Assembly (NCBI GenBank): GCA_964016885.1
Contig: OZ024741.1
Span: 387,996,001 to 388,060,000, forward strand
DNA from: Eledone cirrhosa
Lineage: Eukaryota
Direction: 5' to 3'
DNA length: 64,000 bases
Both the position numbers and the translations under genes were made by a program. Of this stretch, positions 13,301 through 26,900 are shown piece by piece (the stretch's first letter is position 1; each line of letters starts with the position of its first letter). The notes below the pieces were generated by a model. It worked only from the letters and a program-made list of their open reading frames with translations, was not told the DNA's origin and did no database searches.

Positions 13301-16300
13301 GATCTGGGATGAGGTGATAAAAGCTGACCTTGCTCAATTGCTCCTCTCAAAAGTGATAACACAGGATCGAGATCTTTGGCATTATGCAGTAATATAGAAG
13401 AACCACCTTCCCATGTGTACTTGTTAAAGCATACATCTAGTATACACCACTTAACCTCTATTCTCCTTCCCCCTTCCATACACCTCTCATACCATAACAC
13501 TCCACCCACATCCTAATCCCTCCCACCCCCACTCAGTCCCTAATCCACACTGGTTGTTTTAGTGCCCCGACAAATAGCACCCAGCCCACATGATAAAAGC
13601 ACCAAGTCCACACTGAAAAGAGTTTGTGCAGGTGTCACAACAAAAAGCACCCAGCACACACTGTAAATGTTGTTGACATTAGGAAGGGCATCCAAGAACA
13701 GAAACCAAGCCAGAAACAGTTCTGTATGAGCAAGACATGGTCATCTTAAACGATTTGCCTCAAATGGGACAACCCGTCTAACCCATGCTAGCCTGGAAAA
13801 TGGATGTTAAATGATGATGATTATGATTATGATGTCTCTTGAATGTTAACCATAATACCAACAGTTTCTGTCTAAATTAGGAACTATATATAAAAGCTTT
13901 GTGGCTAGAGTCAAAGTAAACAAATCTTATGATTTATCGAGATGCTTGGATGATTTTAAATTTTAAATGTTGGAATCTAAATGCAGAAATCACTACAAAT
14001 AATGGTTTCTGATTTAGAAACAAGGCCAACGAATTTTAGAGGGGAAAGCATTTGCCTTTCATCCTTACAGGGTCGATAAAATAAAGTACCAGTAATGCAC
14101 TGGGATAATTGCTGGCCTTGTGCCAATAGTAGAAACAATTATTAGTAATTTATTTTAGCGCCCTCATATGGATGGAAAGTGAAGCTAACCTCAGCAGAAT
14201 TAGTTTGCCCTTTCATCCTTAAATAATAATAGCTTTAGAAAATTTTACACTATCTGCCCAGTTAATCATAGAGAATGAAATACCTGAGTTTTATGAGATG
14301 ATAAACAGTACATTTTCTCTTTCAGGGTGTTCAGTTGAGGCTTTGATGTTAGATAAAGAAGGTGCAGGAGACCTAGAAGACCAACAGCTCGTAAATCAGT
14401 TGAAGGATCACTACCTGTAGTAGTAAGAAGATGAAATGAAGACAATAATGATAATGTTGGTTTCAGTGAATTTTGAAAGTCATTCTACAACTGGATCAAT
14501 TGGAGATGGATGCTTCTGATATACAGGAAGGAGTGTTTGAGAACTCTTCCCCCATGATCCTCTTGTACTCTCAGTTGCTTAACGCCATGTAAATAGGGAT
14601 AAGCACCAGCCTGATGAGCTTCCAGGCTTGAGACAGACCTTTTTTTATTTGTTCTGGCTCTCTGCTCTCTGAATTCAAGTCACACCAAGGTCCTTTATCC
14701 TTTTTCGTGTCAATAAAGTACCTGTCCAGGTGTAGTAGGTTGATAAAAAGTTGGTTGGGATGTTTTGTGAGTTCTGAATTCAAACCCTGCCTCTTCTTGT
14801 CAAGAGTTACAAAGACCAATGGATAACATAGCTTCCTTGGTCTGATTTGACAATCAGCTAAGAAGATATATATACATAAATCCCACCATTTGGTATACAC
14901 ACATGACACACTTTCTCACCTTTCCTACTTTCCATACACCTAACTTTTCCTTCTTACCTCCCCATCTCATTCCTATAAGGAACTCAGAGAAAACTGTTCC
15001 GGTTTCTTCTCTTTGGAATTAAATTTATATTTAAATGTTATAAACCGCTTTCAAGTGTTTTTTATTTTACATTGGTAGCAAAACTCGTGTACTTCATACT
15101 CACATTAAAGAACACCTCAACACACATACATCCTCATTCAAAAAACACGTTGACAAATGCAGAACAAAAATATAAAAGTCAATATTGAAGCCAGAGAGAG
15201 AAATGTGGGCAATTTAAGAATTAAGGAAGCCTTGTTCATACCTCGACTCAACCCACAAATAAATAACAGAGTAGAACTCAACACACAATACTTAACATAC
15301 GCAACATAAACAGCATCTCATACAAGGAAATTGATTCCATGAAATATAACATCAGCAACTGACGTCATCTTTAAGTTTATTGTGAATAAAAAAATCACTT
15401 GAAAGCAGTTTATAACATTTAAATCTAAATTTAGTTCCAAAGAGAAGAAACCGGAACATTTTTCTCTGAGAGTTCTTTATACTCTGAAGAAGGGAATTTT
15501 AAGTCCCAAAATATTAGGTCAAAAGAAACAACAGCAACAAAAATACAAAAAGATTACCAGGTAACTAAATTTTTCGTTACCTCATCTTACAGTCCATTTT
15601 ACATTGTTTAGACTTATATCACTTGAAAGTGGTCATGGGTGCTGCCCTCCCTGACTAAACTAAAATAGTAAAAAAAAAAAAATACTCTCATCAAAATGTA
15701 ATAGGCATACAGAGCAACAAGCATACTCTTCACTCACCCCAGACATCACAGAATGTTCAAAATTCTTAGTTGTACACAACAATAGCAAAGAATCTTATGA
15801 TATTTTCTGTCAGTGGTACGTACCTTGGAACCCAATCTCCTCCCAATGATGTCCATAGCGACTGCAGTTCATTTTACGTCCAGTTAAATTACGGTAGACA
15901 GCAAAAAGAGATTTCAAGTGAATTTGATTGTCATTATCAAAGGTAGTTGCAGCAAGGCAGAAAACAAATTCTTTTGCTGTCAGTAGGTTATGTGACAGTT
16001 TTGGAGGACCAAACAGAAAGTTAGTCAATGCCGATAACCCTTTCCGTTCAATAGACATGTGTATTTTGGGCTGAATTTAAACAAAAAGAAAAGGAACTTC
16101 AACATAATCACCATTATCATCACCATCATCATTTAATGTCTCTAAAATTATAGTACTGGAATTTTTGTCAGTCTGTCACAAACACTTTCTAACAACAAAG
16201 TCCTAAAATTTGCATTTAGAATTCATGGAATCTAAATGTAAGACAAAATACAAAGGGGGAATGGCAAATGTTCTAAAATGAATTTTCTGTCAACAGTATT

Positions 16301-19300
16301 GTCCATCAGTCAGTTCATCCATCTATGCTTATACACACACACACACACACACATATATATACTTTTTTCCTCGGTCGTGTGTTAAAGGCTCTCTCCAGTC
16401 CTCCTTTTTCATATCTTTTCTGTCAACATTTCATTTAGAATATACACCCCCTCACTCCATATACGACTATATAAACGCATAGTAATTAAAGTGAAAGCCC
16501 TATTCCACCTCGATTTATCTGATTCTACAACCGCTGTTTTGAAAAGTTCTTCAAGTAATGTAAAAGCATTCTGTCGCCTATCATTCCTCTGTCTAGTCCA
16601 TTCCTATACATTACTATTTCAGGTCTCAACATTGTTCCAATTCCTGTCAGTAATTTTCCTATGATTTCAATTGAAAATCGAAAATATTCTATCTCCCCGA
16701 TCTCTTTATCTCCAATTTCAGTCACATGGAGTCTAGCTCCCTTTTTTCTCTGGGTCTTGTTTTAAAGGCTCTCTCCAGTTTTCCTGTCAATATTCATCTC
16801 CTATTTTCCCTCTCACAGCACCATAGCCATTTGGACCAATGACAACTAAACAGGACGAAATAAGTTTTACTATAAACTCAATTTCTATCACAAAATCTAC
16901 TTCTGCTACTACTCCACATTGTTATAGACCTGGTTGTTGTTTTGTAGAATAAATGGAATACAAAGGTAGAGAGTTAGAGCACTCCTAAAGACAAATAGGA
17001 ATTTACTTCCATCTCTAGATGACTATGCAAACACTTCTCTTTATTTCAGGCATGGAAAATCAAAACCAACACCAATTTATCGCCCACTCTCCTCCCCAAG
17101 CTTTCGTCTTCTTCCTCCCATTATTCCAGTGAACTCCATAACTTAAGAGCTGGTACCATCAACGTAGGCATGATGAAAGGATGATCAAGTGAGATTGTAG
17201 AGATGCTTGAACGAAAGAAAGTTGATGTTTGCTGTGTACAAGAGACTAGATGGCAGAGAGGGTCAGCTAGATTCATTGTGGGCAAAAAAAAAATCTACAA
17301 ATTTTTCTGGGTGGGAAATGACAACGGACTGAGTGAAGTAGGGATTATATTAGCAGAAAAATGTAAATAGAATATTGCTGTAAATAGAATGAACGATAGA
17401 ATTATTAAAATTAAACTAGTACTAAATAGAACAACTGTATCAATTATATCTGCTTATGCACCTCAATCTGGACTGACAGATGTACTAAAACACAGGTTCT
17501 ATGAGTCCCTAATGCACACTACTTCCCAAATAAATGGCAATGACTACATAATCATTACAGGCGACTTTAATGGGCATTTTGGACAATACTGCGATGGCTA
17601 TGACAAGATCCATTTTATAACAAAATCTTTAAAAAACTAGATTATCACTTGATCACCTATAGATCAAGGGAATACATCAGCCAGATAGATTTTATCCTTA
17701 CCAGAAGAGGAGACAGAGTAACTGCTGTAAACACAAAGTCCCTCTCTGACGTAACCTAATAGTTAGCGACCTTATAGTCAGGGCTAGATGAAATTGACAA
17801 CAGAGGACAACCTGGAGGAGAAGAATTTAAAAGGACGTTAAAGGACCTCACAACCAGTAACAAATTTAGAGGTATGTTGCTTGATGCTTTTGACAGTAAG
17901 GAAGAGCAAATAGAGACATACAATATAGAGGACCAGTGGGAATTGCTGAAAGATGACCTGCTGAGGGCGACAGATGAAATCTGTAGTTGGAGCAGGCCTC
18001 TAGGGAGAATGAGAGTGACTTGATGGTGGAACAGTATGGTAGAGGAGACAATTGAGGCTAAAAAACAGACATGGAAAGAAAGGCAGGATGGAGGACATAG
18101 AGAACACTACCAGGAGGCTAGGAGAGAAGTTAGGCGACAAATGTACTTTGTAAGAAGGGAAGCAGAAGATAAAGCATGTTCTGAGACACGAGGACCAAAG
18201 TCATAAGATATTGAGGATTGTGAGGCAATATGTCAGGGAAAATTGTGATACTGTTGGGGAGAACTGAGCCCACGGTGATAACAGAGTACTTGCACTCACT
18301 GATGCTGAAAAGAAGGTAGCATGGAAGTGCTACAATGAAAGACTACTAAATGAGGAGAATAAATTGGAAGAGGATAGTTTGCCTCAAATTGACCCAACCG
18401 AGGGACCGGCTGTATTATAAACCAAGTAATACAAAAAGCTGTCATACCCAATAGCTGAAATAACAGCATCAATGTCAACTGCTACAAGGGCAAAGGAAAT
18501 GCTCTAGATAGAGAAAACTGTAGAGGTATTAAGTTGGTTGATAAGGCCATGAAGGTCACAGAAAGAGTTATCACACAGTTGACTAGGGACTGAGTTAACC
18601 TTGGTGAAATGCAGTTTGGATTTGTGCCAAGTAAAAGTACAATGGATGCTCTCTTCCTCATGAGGCAACAACAGAAGTACCTAACTAAAAGTAAACCTCT
18701 CTACTTAGCTTTTGTTGAATTGGAGAAAGCCTTTGATAGAGTTCCCCGTTCCATTATCTGGTGGGCTCTTAGAAAACTGGGAGTAGATAAGTGGCTTGTG
18801 AAGCAAGTACAAGAATTTAGAGACTTTTACTGATTCCCATTAACATATGAAAGTTTGTATATAGCTGTCAAAGTGGCAAACAAGTAAAGTTTCATAATGA
18901 GATTTGAGAAAAATAGCACAATTTGTCAACTCTGTTAAGAATGACTCTATGTTATGTATGAATAATATATATGAAAACCTCTTTTGAATAAATTTTCGAA
19001 TTTATGGTAAAAAAACAAAACAAAACTATAGTTAATTTTGCATCCAGCAAAATTGTTCAATCAGGTATGCTATTAATTCATTTACCTTTAGATATGACAT
19101 ATCAATGCTCTGAAAATGTTCTAAAGCTTCTTGAAAAGCAAAATCTGTTGGTTGAATATCCAAAGGAACATCACCTTTGTCTAAAAAAGAGAGCAACAGT
19201 AACTCATGAAGCCTTGTGTTACCACATTCCAAATGTCTTTGAAAACAATTAAGAATTTGTAACAATCTAATGATATAACTTTAAGATTTTTAAGCTAATG

Positions 19301-20829
19301 TTTGAAACAGAATTTTTTTTATATAACTATGATGACAATTTTTTAGATAAATACAAGATCACCCGTGATCCATTGGGTCACAGGTAGTCTAGTAATATAT
19401 ATATAGAGAGAGAGGGTTATAACATATATAAAGAGAGAGGGTTATAATATATATAGAGAGAGGGTTATAATATATAGAGAGAGAGGGTTATAATATATAG
19501 AGAGAAGGTTATTGGTTATCACGGAGCTGTTGGCTATTTATGATGGTACCCGGAAAAACCCCGTATTTTGGGAACCTGTGCCCCAATTTACACAAAACTT
19601 GTTTTATTTTATTTGTATTCCCATTTCAGGATCAACTTCCTTTCAAAGTATTTTCCCATTATGTGCCATTCTGGCTGTATTACATTACAGACAAGCACAT
19701 AATCACAGAGTTTTAGTAGTATGTAGATAAACATTCTAAAACAGTGATCGTTAACTGGTGGTCTGCGAGAAAGTTTTGGTAATCCGTAGAAAAATTTGGA
19801 CATTATTTGCAATTTCTATGTTTTTTTGATAATATAATTACTTATATGATTACATAAGCATTTATAATTTTGTTATATTTAATAGGTGCATTTCATATTA
19901 AAATGGAAGTTCTCTGATCATCATTTTACAAATGTATTTATTTTTTTTTTAAATTCATATTAGTGGTCTATAGGATTTAAAATTATGAATTTAGTGATCT
20001 GTGAGGTCTGAAAGGTTGGCAACTGCTGTTCTAAAACAAACAGCTTTATATTATTGAACCAGTTGTAGTTTCAGATGGTTTGGTATCAAAAAGATTAAAT
20101 ATGGTTGAATTTTACATAAAATTATGTAGGATACTGAGGTGCATATGAGCTGAATTATAGCCACCTGAAGTTTTTTTTACTACCCTGAAGTAGGATTGAC
20201 ACCTTGACCAGTAAAAGAGTATCTATGTGGTTGCTTGATTCACTAGAAGTAACAACACAATCTCCCTCAAATCACACACAAACATCTACAGTTTTTGAAG
20301 ATGAACACATGTGTGTAGTGGGTGGGTGTATGATGTTACTTCATTAGGGTCTAGAATTGTCAGGATTTTCTCCAAGTTTCAGATTATGGGAATTTGACAG
20401 TGTTGGTATGTTCTAAGCTGAAGGCTTGTCAGGCTGGTGCTTATCCTCGGTTTCCTAGGAATTAAGCAACTGAGAGTACAATACATTCCCTGGATAGGAT
20501 GCCAGTCTATCACAGGATTAACTCCCCAGCTACTGATGGTACTTTCTCTCAGCTGAGTGTACTGGAGCAATGTGAAAAGTGTTAGTATATATAGCTGTAG
20601 ATGTTAGTGAATGTAGTATTTCCTTCAGGCCATACATGTTTTAGGTGCATGTTTGAGATATTTTATCAGATACTGAGGCTTTTGAGTTTTTTTACTTCCT
20701 TGTTGCTATTTAGAGTGTCTGGCAGAAGGAAGAGGTCAAAATCATAGTCTAGCTAGAAGATGTGTATTGGTTAGTAAGGTTAATGGTGGTATAATCATCA
20801 TCATCACCATGTAATGTCTTTCTCTCTCT

Positions 20830-20907
<78 letters not shown>

Positions 20908-23900
20908 CATTGCAAACTTGGTATAAATATCCAAGGATTTAGAGCACTCTTTCCAAGTTACTTATAAACAGTTACAATAGTGGCATACACAGATACTAAA
21001 GTTTTGTTGGGTTTAACACCAACTCATTCAGTCTGCCTTATTGTGATGGAGTACTCTGGTATTCAATCCACCCCGTAAGATGGTAGTGTTGATGCCATGA
21101 GAAAAGCACCCAGTTAACTCAGTAAGGTAGTAGGAGTTAGGAAGGACATCCAGCCATAGAAAACCATGTCAAAAAGTTGACCTGTCTGGCTGCATAAAGT
21201 GACAGGCCATTTAACCCATACAATCATATAAAATGGATGTTAAACAGTGATGATGATGATGCCTATAAATCATCATCATCATCATCACCGTTTTACATTC
21301 ATTCTTCCACGCTGGCATGGGTTAGACAGGTTGTCCTGTTGTGGGCAGTGTCTGGTCGGCTGACCTTGTCTTGCTCATACAGGAACTGATTCTGGCTTGA
21401 TTTCTACAGCTGGATGCCCTTCCTAACACCAACCTCATTTACAGTGAGTGCTGGGTGCTTTTTTGTTGTGGCACCTCCACGACCACTTTGCAGTGGAATG
21501 ATAGGGACCCCAGTCCCTATCATCTCATTTCTACAGCTGAGTAAACTGGAGCAATGTGAAATAACAATAATAATAATAATAATAATAATTAAATCATTGT
21601 GTAAAGTGCTTAGGTGCACTACAACTCGTCAAAGGTGCATGTATAGTACATAGAATAATATACAAATGTCAGGGAAGTGAATAGTGTATCAGTCATGATA
21701 TACATGTGTGTATGTGTATGGAGGGGGAACATTAGGTGTAGTGTTAGCAAATCTTGGGAAGCATGGAGGCCTTAAAGGATGCAGTGTCTCAAAAGCTAAC
21801 AACCGATGCAGGTAGTTTGTTCCATGCTTCAGCAACTCTAAGCGTGAAAAAATGTTTCCGAAAGTCATGGAAACTGTACTGTTTTCTGACTTTGTGGGCA
21901 TGTCCACGTGTGTTAGACACATGGAAATCAAAAAGGTACTCAGGGTTGTTGTTGGCAAGATGGTTAACAATTTTGTGGGTGTTTACCAAGTCAGTTGCCA
22001 GGTGTCGGAGCTTCAATATATCCATGCCCAGGGAAGCAAAGCGCTCAGAGTATGGTAGATGCCTAATGGAGGGTATTCGCTTGGTTGCACGTCTCTGAAC
22101 AGTTTCCAGGCAGTCAATGTTCTGAGCAAGATAGGGGTTCCAGACTGGTGATGCAAATTCTAAGTGTGGCCGCACCATAGCCATGTACAGCCTTAAATAG
22201 ATAGCTGGAGAGCGGCTGACAAAGGTCTTGCTGAGTGATGCTAAGACACCCTCGGCCCTCTTGACAATTTTAGAGACGTGCTTCGTCCAACGCAAATCGC
22301 TGCTGACCATAATGCCCAGGTTACGTTCACAAGAAGACTTCTTGATATTAGTGCTGTGGAGGGAGTATGTGGACGCTGGGTTTTTACTCCCAAAATGCAT
22401 GGTGGTGCACTTGTCCACAGCTAGCTTGAGTTGCCAGTCTGAGATCCATTGTTGCATTGTGTCCAGGTCAGACTGCAAGCAAGATCTATAGTGTTCAGGA
22501 TCTGTGCTTTTTATCTCAAGGTACAGCTTGATGTCATCTGCGTACTTTAGTACCGTGGCATTCTTTAAGTTGGCATCTATGTCATTAATATATGCCACAA
22601 ACAAAAGGGGGCCAAGAACAGATCCCTGTGGTACACCAGATGACATCTCATATGGTGAGGAATGCTGTCTCAGAACCATGACTACCTCTCTTCGACTGAG
22701 AATGAAGGACTTCAACCAGTTAAAAAGATCATCCTTCACACCCATTGCAGAGAGTTTTGCCATAAGCCTTTTGTGTGGCACAGAATTGAAAGCTTTCGCA
22801 AAGTCAAGGTAAACAACATCCACCCATGAGCCGCCATCAGTGATCCGAGTGATGTCTTCAAGAAACTCGATAAGTTGATCACAGCAGCTGGAGTTGGGGA
22901 TAAATCCAAATTGCGAGGGCCAGATAAGACTGTGAGAGTTCCAGAAGTTCCAAATAAAGTGGCTTGCTCAAGGAAACAACACATCACCTTTCAATTGCAA
23001 GCCCGATGATCTAACCACTAAGCCATGCGCCTTCATATATGTTAATTATATTTTAGGGTAATGGCTGACAAAATTAGTAGAAGGATGAACAAAATATTTT
23101 GTGGCTGTTGTATTTTATGTTCTTGATTAAAATGCCACTGGAATCAACTTTGTCTTTCATTCTTCTAAGTTTAATAAAATATGTATCTATCATGAACTGG
23201 GCTTGATTAAATAGACTACACCACCTCCAATGTTAGGACCTTTGAACCTAAGCTAGATTGCTTTGTTTTGAACTGCTTCCATTTTCTATTTAAAAAGAAG
23301 GCGATAGCCCCAAAATATTATGTTGAAATATACTGGGTAAAACATTACTTTGTTTTGTTTTGTTTGTAATCCTTTGTCCTTTATATATTTCTAGCATATT
23401 GTACTGGCTTTCTGAAAATTATCAATCATTTATTATTATTCAATTATTTTTGTTGCTGTTTAAGTTGCAGAAACAGTGGAGAACTAAACTATATAGAATA
23501 CAATTTGAAAAAACATGATCATATAAATTCTAATATGTATATCTGCTGGTAAATGGCAAGTTGGATTTAGATTAACATTAGCATTTCAACATTTACAAAT
23601 TTGTTTTTGAAGAAGATAAATTGACAAACTGATCAACATTTTTTTCCTTTTACATTGAAATTCAATATTTGAACAATAAAACAAAACAAAAACAAACAAA
23701 TATTTGAATATCTTACCATGTTTTATATAAATATCCCTCTTGCTGTCTTCTGATTCTGAAAAAGTTAATGATGATTTTCTAAGAAATTAATTACTTATGA
23801 AAGAATACAGTTGTAAATACAAGCAGCTGAAATGGAGTTTTGGGAGTAGTAATCCTGCTATAATATTTCTTATGCCCATCCATGCCATTCATTGACCCTA

Positions 23901-26900
23901 ACCTCTGATAAAGCAGTAGGGACATTGTCAGGATATTTAAACTTAGTGGAGCCCACCCCTCATCACTTCTTAACACAACTGATTCCTTCCTTAGAAAAAG
24001 TGAATGAGTGAGAATGAAGGAGTAGTGTTGTGGATGAATTGACTCCATTACTAAACAGGTATTTTATTTATCAACCTCAAACATAATTGTTTCTACTTTT
24101 GGCACAAGGCCAGCAATTACCCCAGTGTATTACTGGTACTTTATTTTATCGACCCCGTAAGGATGAAAGGCAAAGTTAACCTCGGCGGGATTTGAACTCA
24201 GACTGTAAAGGGACGTAACTATGCTAGAAAGCATGGCGTCCAACCCTCTACCGATACTGCCAATTCACCGCCCTGGAAAATAATGAAAGGCAAAGTTGAC
24301 CTTGGCAGGTTTTGAACTTAAAGCACAAAAATCTGGAATGAATGCTGCAAACATTCCATCTGATATTCTAATTAGCTGTCATATTTGCTATGTACTGAAG
24401 GTATAAAATATCTTTTCATGAATAAACTTAGATAAATGTTATTTGAGGAGGGTTTATTTTGATTGTGAAAATGTTCAGCTTTTAGTGAAAAATTATTTTT
24501 AAATGTATGTATATATGGTCCTGTAACTTCTGAGGGAGCTGTAGGGGGATGCCACAGTGACATACAACATTTCTTGAGCATTTTAAAAAAAAACTTGGTG
24601 GAGCCCATCTCCGTTACAGATCTGAACACAGTAGATGTCTTCTGGAGAAGGATAGAAAATGAGAGAGGAAGTAAGAAAGAGATATAGAGGCAGAATCGAA
24701 CCCAGTATTGGACTGGTACTTTTTTTTATTGACCTTGAAAGGATGAAAGGCAAGGTTGACTTTGGTAGGATTTGAACTAAGAACTGGAACAAATACCACA
24801 AAGCATTCTATACAACGTTCCAAGAACTCTGTCAATTCGCCGCCTACTTTTGAATAAGTAAAGATTATTTGATTTAGGTGTTCAATCTATTCCATAGATC
24901 AGCCAAATTTCATTTAATAAAATTCTCCAACCGTATTAACCCATTAGCATTTACATTACTCTATATATACTATTATATTTTCATGGTAAAGGCTTTATCT
25001 CACATAATATCGAATCTATGAGATTTTAAAAGTATTTATTTTGAGAACAATATCTTAACATCAGTTTGAGCGATCGGTTACAGCCAGTTTCAATAGAAAG
25101 AGGTAGAGAATTCTGGCCGGTTTGAACATTAAAGGGTTAAATATGGGAGCTATAGATGTTATGATATTAGTACTATTTGGGATGAGCTGGCTGGAGCTAT
25201 TGAACATTACGAGCAATAGCCTTTTTTAATCTACTTCAGTAGCACAAATATAAGTTAGAAATCCCACATCTCACAAGAACCCAATAAATTTATTCAATAT
25301 GAATGTCAACTCATATATATGTGAAGGTGTGTGGTCTAATGATTAGTGTGTTAGACTCATGATCACAAGAATGTGGGTTTGATTCCTGGATCAGGTGGCA
25401 TGTTGTATTCTTGAGCAGGATGCTTCATTTCATGTTACTTTCTATGATAGGATTGGGACCTCTAACATTAAAACACCAAAGAAACCTCCTATGAGATGCA
25501 ACCTAATAGTAGAGAATCACCTGTATGTTCCGTATGAAACTCTCTGGCACTATTTGTTCTAATGCAAAAACTATCAGACTGAGAAGGAGGACATCTTGAA
25601 GCCAATCATTAAAAAAATACTAAGATAAGAGATACAATATATTGTAAAATATCTACCAACTATAAACAAAATCTTTCAGTACAAGGAAGTTATAAAAAGA
25701 TTCATCAACAGAACCTCCTAGCTGCTTTAAAGCTTGCCTTGTTTCCTATTTTTTTTAATGCTTATTTTACCTACTATTGGCCTTCCCTATTTAAATGTTT
25801 TATTTCATATTATGTATATTTATGAACATTTCTGTGCTGGAAGGCGTTCATAATAGAGTCCATTGCTAGAACATAAGTCTAATAAGGCCTTTTCATTTAT
25901 ATTTAGATTGAGATTGCCATTCCTTCCAATCACTCTATTCCATGTCAGTTGGTCAGTGCCAACATGTACATTGAAGTCTCCCATCAGAATATATGACTCA
26001 GTCTTAACTACATCTAACACTGTAATGACTTCATCAAGGAAGAATCTGTATTCAGACTCCTTGTTTGGTGCATAAATGTGCACCACCCATAGAGACATAT
26101 CTTTCAGCCTAAGCTTGAAAAAGCAAATCCTCCTTCCTAATATCAACTGATCCCATCTAGGTATCTGCAACTTGAGACTACCTAAAGCCAAGGAAGCCCA
26201 CAAAACTGGCAGGTCCAGGGTGACCTACAGGATAATGTGGGAAACATTGGTGGATAAGAAAGTCAGGACCAGGTTTGCAGATACTATTGCATTCAAATTC
26301 AGAGAACTCTCTAGGCAAACTGTGGATGTTAGCACAGCACAGCTTCAGCTGTTAAATTCTGTGAGTGAAGGAGGCTTGGTGTGGCACCGGATGGAAGGAG
26401 AACCCTTTGATTCAATCAAGAGGTCAAAGATGCCATCCAAGCAAAGAAGGAGACTTACAAAGCTTGGTTTGGAAATAAGTCCTCCTTCTTGCACTTGTGG
26501 TACAAGCAGGCATGAAGAATTGTAAGAGAGACAGTAAAGGCATAAGAGGACTTTGGAGTTAAGCTGGAATCCGACTTGGATCAGCAAATAACGTGTTCTG
26601 GCAGACCATCTGTCTATCAAGAACACATCTGGGTTTCTCCTCTCTTCAGAGAGGTGCATCCTCGTAGGTAGAGAGAATACTTTGCTGACCTCCTAAAACC
26701 AATCACAATAGCATCTTCAGATGTATATAAGATGCATCTGGGAGCAGTGACTAATCTCTGAGAAGTTGATGTCACAAGAGCAGTTAAAGAGCTCAAATGT
26801 GACAAGGCTGCTGGGGAAGATGAAATCCAGCCCGTAAATAGAGGTGTTCTCTGGCTGACTTGTGTGTGCTGGGTAGCTTGGATATCTGGAAAGGCACCTA

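Noticed and set aside
16362-16795. Short direct repeats (~16362-16430 and ~16741-16795) as LTRs
   Set aside because: Short and diverged, with no TG..CA ends or TSD; may be RTE 5' UTR-related
23717-23755. IKHG read as the start of a PH domain
   Set aside because: The next exon continues DKGDVPL into ELMOD3-like sequence, with no PH pattern
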